A stretch of 64,000 bases of DNA, taken from the NCBI GenBank assembly GCA_951406725.2, contig OX597823.1, positions 72,230,001 through 72,294,000 of the forward strand. The letters are read 5' to 3'. Origin of the DNA: Octopus vulgaris (taxonomy: Eukaryota). The first letter of the stretch is position 1. Each line of letters opens with the position of its first letter. Below the pieces are notes generated by a model. That model was not told the DNA's origin, searched no databases, and saw only the letters and a list, made by a program, of their open reading frames with translations. A program made the translations under genes and the position numbers. Of this stretch, positions 56,091 through 64,000 are shown piece by piece.

Positions 56091-56418
56091 CCACACAAAA
56101 GATACTATGATTCTTCGTTTGGAACTTGGAGAAATTAGCTGCACATCTCGTTATATTTGAAAAGCTCTATCAGCTACACAACTGAAGACAGAAAAGCACG
56201 TACAGCTCATAGACTCGGTTGTCAGACACTGAGAAAACGAGAATAAACAAATGGATAAAAACATACTGACTGACAAGGACTCAGACAGCTAGAGAAGACT
56301 AAATAGACACACAAAAACCTAATGTTAAAGGTCGTTCTCTATCCGAGTGTACACGAGTGTGTTAAATACGATTGTACACTTATAATTCATTTAACACGCC
56401 ACTCTGTGCGTCTCAAGC

Positions 56419-56484
<66 letters not shown>

Positions 56485-56714
56485 TATGTATATATGTATA
56501 AATATATAGTACACATAAAAAATTCTGTCTAATAACTTAATGTGCTCAAGTTGCATTATTACTAAAATTCCGGCTTGAACCGCAACTAAATCAAAAGTGG
56601 AGTTTTAACAGGCTAGCAAATAATGGCTATAAATGGTTTTTTATCGAGTGGATAGATATATATGAGAAAGAAAGAATGAGCCAACACAAAATGTAGTATA
56701 AAATTTGAGCGTAT

Positions 56715-56980
56715 GATCTGTAATTCAAACATAATTGCTGATTTGTCAGAGCAAATAATGGATTAAGAAATAATGCATAAAGTCCCTTACAGCAGTCTCT
56801 AGAATAGCTGTGCATATAGCGCATAGGTCATTAATAAAGGACTTCTATATGAGCCAGTTATAAGCCCTCTTCAGAGAGGAAGAATTAAGCAATATCCTTA
56901 ATAAAGGGTATTGATATTTAGCAGTTCTATCATCGAAGAATCAAGAAATATCCTTAGTAAAGTGTAAAAGTAGTTACCAG
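56715..56980 (-). repeat. Dispersed ~270-bp repeat, inverted homolog at 61700-61970
   Basis: Colinear reverse-complement similarity; the second copy interrupts a LINE ORF. Confidence 0.8.
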
Positions 56981-57753
56981 CTCCATACTCGAATTGAGTC
57001 TGAGACAGATTTAATCTTATCTTTCAGTCTTAATCTCCTATTTACTATAACTACTCTGCAAGGATGTTTGAATTATAAATTAAACGCTGTAAAGTGATAC
57101 CACATATTTTGCTTGTCCATTCTTATGTATATACTAACAGCTAAGACAGGTTTCACCCGGTCGGTTTGAATGATGTGGTTGTAAAACCTGCTCTGTGTAA
57201 GCATTCGACTTGTTTGGGCACGCTTACGTTAGAAAACAATTTTAGAATGACTTTACTCTGCCAAACCGCTAAAAATAACTGACCAACAAAAAAATCATGA
57301 TTCAACCAAATCGAAAAATAAATCCAAATACTAAGCAAAGATGAACCTTCCCACTTCCATTGCGAACGCACACGCACACGCACACACACGAACGCACACA
57401 CATACACACGCACGCACACACACACACACGCAGTCACATACCCCCTTTTACATACACACATATATTTACCCAGAGTTGAAACACTGTTTGATTTATTTTT
57501 TCAGCGTACAATTTTCATCATCCCACTACCAAGTATGACATCTCCACTTCCTTCCTTATTCATCTATCACCCCTTCCTTTCTCATTCATAAATACAAGAG
57601 TATTATTATAGTAGATTATCTCGGTAACCATGGGAACTATGAAAAAGTACAAAGCCCAGTAGCACAACCGGATCATTCGACACATCTGTGTAATTTCACA
57701 CGCAGTTCCACCCAGCTATTTGACCGTGAATCCCAAGAAAGAATCGCCCATGT

Positions 57754-57874
<121 letters not shown>

Positions 57875-58839
57875 GTGTGTGTTTGTGCGCGCGTGTGCGT
57901 GTGTGTATGACAGAGAGTCTGTGTTTGTGACTCTGTGTGTGTGTGGCGTTACGTAGAGAGAAACAGTGTATAAATTGCTGAATCAGTGGTGATGGAAAGT
58001 TCGAGAGAGAAGCGGTAGAGAGTACTTGATAAGTCTAAACGATTCAGTAAAAGATATATTGTGGGCTGTGATGAGGTTGATTTAAGAGAGGAGAAAAATT
58101 TGCTCTTAAAACACCAGCATGAAGCACCATATGTTTGACGAGAATGCTGGATGCTGCGTTTAAAATACGAAATGAAAAATCTAGCACCGAGTATAATCAA
58201 ATGGCGTGACCATGAAATATTTGAACTTCGATGTCAACAAGTAATGTAGGGAACTACAAAGATTGGTAGTAAAAATGACAGCAAATGATTGCCAACAACT
58301 ACACGTGATTGCACAGAAATCTTTTATGTCTCCGTCTATTATAATTATCTATGTGACATGGTTGGTTTTCCACTCAGAATATTGTCGTTAGAGCTGCTGC
58401 CGTTGCCTAGCATATTATATCGATTGTAATTGCAGCAGAGACGTTTTAAGTCGAAAAATAAACACATGAACGCTCACATCGCTGCTAAGATATACTTACG
58501 CAACTACATTTTGTTGTAACTACACACAGCATATACTCGCTGGCGCCATGTGTTAACACATCTACATATTAAGTGACGTAAATACACTTCACACTTCCAT
58601 ACAACTGTATTTATATGCATACATTATATTGATTTTTTTCGTCCTAGATACAGAATTCAGCGTTAGGAATGAAGACAATGAAAAATAGCCATGAAAAATA
58701 AAACCAATATATTACTGGTTGTTCGGTCATGCAATTTAGAACGGTCAAGTCGACTTTCGTGCTGTTCGAAATCAAAATGTTTCTGAATATATGGCATCTT
58801 TAGTTGGCGTTTTCCTGTTAATGCTGTACTCCCTCCCTT

Positions 58840-58889
<50 letters not shown>

Positions 58890-58894
58890 ACTCT

Positions 58895-59053
58895 GCAGGA
58901 GTGGCTGTGTGGTAAGTAGCTTGCTAACCAACCACATGGTTCCGGGTTCAATCCCACTGCGTGGCATCTTGGGCAAGTGTCTTCTGCTATAGCCCCGGGC
59001 CGACCAATGCCTTGTGAGTGGATTTGGTAGACGAAAACTGAAAGAAGCCTGTC

Positions 59054-59110
<57 letters not shown>

Positions 59111-59338
59111 TGTGTGTGTGTGTTTGTGTGTCTGTGTTTGTCCCCCTAGCATTGCTTGACAAGCGATGCTGGTGTGTTTACGTCCCTGTCACTTAGCGGT
59201 TCGGCAAAAGAGACCGATAGAATAAGTACTGGGCTTACAAAGAATAAGTCCCGGGGTCGAGTTGCTCGACTAAAGGTGGTGCTCCAGCATGGTCGCAGTC
59301 AAATGACTGAAACAAGTAAAAGAGTATAAGAGTAAAGA

Positions 59339-59340
<2 letters not shown>
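58895..59340 (+). mobile_element. Full-length CORE-type SINE
   Basis: Same layout as 8048-8455, well conserved. Confidence 0.9.
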
Positions 59341-59385
<45 letters not shown>

Positions 59386-59545
59386 TAAGGCTTTTCCTTT
59401 CCAGATGGCCTTTGAATTTAAAATTTACACACTATAATTTGTAGCTTCTTCTAGTTCGAGATTCCCCGATCCAAAAAAGAATTATCTCATATATATACAT
59501 ATACGTTTATATATTTAGCATATATACATATATATAACTAACTAT

Positions 59546-59578
<33 letters not shown>

Positions 59579-59996
59579 TATATGCATACATGCATCCACA
59601 AAACACACAGACACACACCTCCCATGCAAACACACTCATACAGACAATTACACACGCATATAGTATACGCAAACACATGCATGTACGGTTAGCGCTATAA
59701 AAACTGAGGGATAAGAATAAGTTGAATAGTCCCAGCATGGCCACACTACTGAGTCTGTACGAGGGAAAGAATAAGTGATTATATAATTTTCTTTAAATTC
59801 CATGCACTGCTCTCTCACTCAGTAATAATAATAACAACAAAACAACAACAATAACAACAATAATAACAATAATGATAACGATGATGATAATAATAATAAT
59901 AATGATAATGATGATAATAATAATAATAATGATAATGATGATAATAATAATAATAACAACAGCAACAACAGAAACAACAGCAACAACAACAACACC

Positions 59997-60077
<81 letters not shown>

Positions 60078-60078
<1 letters not shown>

Positions 60079-60430
60079 TGAAAAAATGTGGCATCTCAAG
60101 GCGACTACAGTACCAGTGATTGTGGGATCTCTGGGAATGACAAATAAAGGTACTGAAACCTATTTGAAAATGATACCAGGCTTACCATCCCTACAGGGAG
60201 TGCAAAAGATCGTGTTCACTGGAATGGCTCATGTACTGAGAAGAGCATTATCGATGTGAAAACAATATCCATTCATGAATTTATTTATTCATTAATGTTT
60301 TAAATACATATTTTACCTATGAATTTGCGTGTGTAATCTGGGAATGAATACAATGAGCTTCTCTGCCCTAGGTGTACGGAAAACACCCGGCGAGAAACGG
60401 AAGAAAATTTGAAGAAAGAAGGAAAAAAAA
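60078..60430 (+). mobile_element. RLE-type LINE 3' fragment (family Y)
   Basis: EKMWHLKATTVPVIVGSLGM...GMAHVLRRALSM* plus a 3' UTR matching 22940-23110. Confidence 0.8.
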
Positions 60431-60449
60431 AATAATAACAATAGGTGTG

Positions 60450-60680
60450 TTAGGCATGATAAAAATATATTAAGATAAATACATATCAAAAACACCAGGA
60501 CTTACAAACACATATAACATACAGAAAATTGCACTACTAGGCACTGCACACATCCTACGCAGAACACTTTCAATACAGTAACCATCAGAGCATCACAACA
60601 AATCACAGCACATACCCAAGGCACACAGAGCTGCGCTCGGTAGTGAAGTGATAGCACGTTATAAAAATAAAACTACTGAA
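60450..60680 (+). mobile_element. RLE-type LINE 3' fragment (family X)
   Basis: Near-identical to 63000-63236. Confidence 0.85.
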
Positions 60681-60707
60681 TGATAATAATAATAATAATA
60701 ATAATAA

Positions 60708-62212
60708 TGTGACTGCCATCAACATATGGGCTGTTGCTGTCGTCCACTACTGTGCACCCATCCTCAAATGAACACAAGCGGAAATTAACCAACTTGATCA
60801 CATTACCTGAAAGACAATGACAATACATGGTGCCCTCCACCCTAAGGCGAACGTACACAGGCTTTACATGAAGAGGTATAAAAGTGGGTGTAGGCTGATT
60901 AGCGTACGGGAGTGCATGAATAGTGAAAGAAGAGGCATAGCAGAATATTTGGTAAACAGCAAACAAGACCTGCTGCCGTATGCTGCTAATGTAGAAGGAT
61001 TTACCAAAAATGGACTTGAGAGTACTTATGAATTCCGATCACGAATAGCCAGCGAGAGAGAAGAAATCCTACTCTGCATGGAATTACATGGTCAGTTCCA
61101 CCGTGAAACTAACACATTAACAGACCAAAAAGCATCATGTAGGTGGCTCAGCAAGGGTGACCGAAAAAAGAAAACTGAAAGCCTAATCATCACTGCCCAG
61201 GATTAGCCATTGAATACTAACTCAGTGAAAAGATATATATATATATATCACACAAGGCCAATGAAACTCTGCAGAACGTGTGGGAAGAAGGTCGAAAGCG
61301 TGGTTCACATTGTTAGTGCTTGTGAAAGTCTTGCGCAGAAACAATAAAAGCGCATACATGAAAAGGTAGCGCAGAACCTTCACTGGCTACTATGCCGGAA
61401 GTATGGATGCGAGGTGACGGGTTCTTGGTATCAACATACACCGGAAAAAGTAATGGACCAAAAGGGGAAGGCAAAAATCCAGACAGACAAGGTGTTAGAA
61501 GACCGAAGACCAGATATAGTAACCTTTAGGAGGGATAAAAAAAGTGCCTTATAATCGATGTAGCTGTGCCAGGAGATCAACATATCATCATGAAAGAAAA
61601 ACAAAAGATTGATAAATATAGAGACATGAGAATTGAGATCGCCATAAAGTCAAACATAAAGGTTGTCTTTATTATCATCGGAACATAGTGTTCCGATGAT
61701 AATGGTAACTACTATTACACTTTACTAAGGATATTCCTTCATTCTTCGATGGTAGAACTGCTAACTACTAATACCCTTTATTAAGGATATTCCTTAATTC
61801 TTCCTCTCTGAAGAGGGCCTATAACTGGCTCATATGAAAGTCCTTGATTGATGAACTATGCGCCATATGCACAGCTATTCTAGAGACAGCTGTAAGGGAC
61901 TTTATGCATTATTTCTTAATCCATTATTTGCTCTAACAAATCAGCAATTATGCTTGAATTACAGTTCATACTTTCAATATCAAACAATCTGAAAAAAAAG
62001 AACAAATTAAAAAACAGCCGGAAACTTTAGAAATACCCTACAATCTTGGCGTATTGCAAAAATCGGCATTACTTGGAACTGCACGCATATTGCGTAGAGT
62101 AATGTCTGTCTGAGATCCTTGTTGTAACTTCACGAACAAACCTCCGGTAGACAATACCTTGAATCAACACAATCAGCAACATCACGATACGGGATACTGT
62201 GCAACGCCTTAC
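60708..62212 (+). pseudogene. RLE-type LINE (R4/Dong-like) C-terminal region, family Z, disrupted
   Basis: HPKANVHRLY..R..G thumb region, LHGQF, TESLIITAQD, CRTCG..VHIVSAC zinc knuckle, RRPDIV, IDV, KIDKY, ALLGTARILR; stops and frameshifts; ends in (AAT)n. Confidence 0.85.
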
Positions 62213-62249
<37 letters not shown>

Positions 62250-62255
<6 letters not shown>

Positions 62256-63236
62256 GAAATCATACCACCTAATAAACATGAAGAAGAAGAAGATGAAGAA
62301 ACAACAAAAGCTATAAAACAAATGAAATCCAAACTAAAAATAGAACAGCAACGAACCATGATAAAACGATGGCAAGAAAAGCCCCTTCATGGTAAATACT
62401 GCACTAAACTAAACGCAAAAGAAATAGACAAAGAAAAATCCCAGCAATGGTTGAGAAGCTCAGGACTCAAAGCAGAAACAGAGGGATTTTTAATTGCAGC
62501 ACAAGACCAAAGCCTCCCCACCAGAAATTACCAAAAACATGTAATGAAAAGAAATATTACAAGTAACTGCAGAATATGTGGAGATGGACAAGAAACAATA
62601 AATCATATTATCTCTAGCTGCCCAGTCCTGGCTAAGAAGGAATATATTCACAGACATGACAGAGTTGGAACCTACATACATTGGAAGCTATGTCAACATT
62701 ATGGAATAACAACAGAAAAAAGATGGTATTGGCACACACCAGAAAAGGTCACAGAAAGCGAGAAAGCAGCCATACTCTGGGATATGCCGATACACACAGA
62801 TAGAGAAATTAAGGCCAACAGACCAGATATAGTTGTCAGAGATCATGAAGAAAAAAATGCTTTCTAATTGATGTATCAATACCGGCAGATGACAACGTGT
62901 CTCTAAAAGAAATGGAGAAACTCTCAAAATACAAAGACCTGGAAATAGAGGTAACTAGAATGTGGAATCTAAAAACAGAAACAATTCCTATCATAGTAGG
63001 TGCATTAGGCATGATAAAAAAAGATTCAGACAAATACATAACAAAAACACCAGGACTTACAAACACATATAACATACAGAAAATTGCACTACTAGGCACT
63101 GCACACATCCTACGCAGAACACTTTCCATACAATAACCATCAGAGCATCACAACAAATCACAGCACATACCCAAGGCACACAGAGCTGCGCTCGGTAGTG
63201 AAGTGAAAGCACGCTATAAAAATAAAACTACTGAAT
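62250..63236 (+). pseudogene. RLE-type LINE (R4/Dong-like) 3' fragment, family X
   Basis: CRICG..ETINHIISSC, RHD, NRPDIVV, LIDVS, KLSKYKDL; one frameshift in the A run near 62855; 3' UTR ends in (AAT)n. Confidence 0.92.
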
Positions 63237-63252
63237 AATAATAATAATAATG

Positions 63253-64000
<748 letters not shown>

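Noticed and set aside
61805-61905. CTGAAGA-GGGCC..GGCTC-ATAT-GAAA
   Set aside because: Four extra bases before GAAA, no stem I, and the homolog at ~56850 lacks GAAA.

Overview
This is AT-rich, repeat-saturated animal DNA with no intact host gene that I can support. The dense (TA)n/(CA)n/(TATG)n/(AAT)n tracts and the SINE set suggest a cephalopod (octopus-like) genome; that is an inference. Recognisable content: many tRNA-headed SINEs, a 1.6-kb IR/DR-type Tc1 element nested in a SINE, a decayed Helitron Rep/Pif1 gene plus a non-autonomous Helitron, a Penelope GIY-YIG remnant, piggyBac- and hAT-like MITEs, a train of restriction-like-endonuclease LINE 3' ends in (AAT)n, and about 14 kb of a phased AAAATTTT satellite with duplications and inversions. 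The strongest signal is RNA-level. Nine loci carry type I hammerhead ribozyme folds (13 copies, read by eye). Four of them sit in ORF-less head-to-tail monomers embedded in (TA)n, with periods of 561, 554, 560 and 360 bp. The three ~560-bp monomers are divergent in sequence but share a hammerhead plus a three-helix downstream domain with compensatory base changes. This is consistent with a family of retrozyme-like, possibly circular, self-cleaving RNAs mobilised by Penelope-like elements. Folds were assigned by manual pairing only; cleavage activity and novelty are untested.
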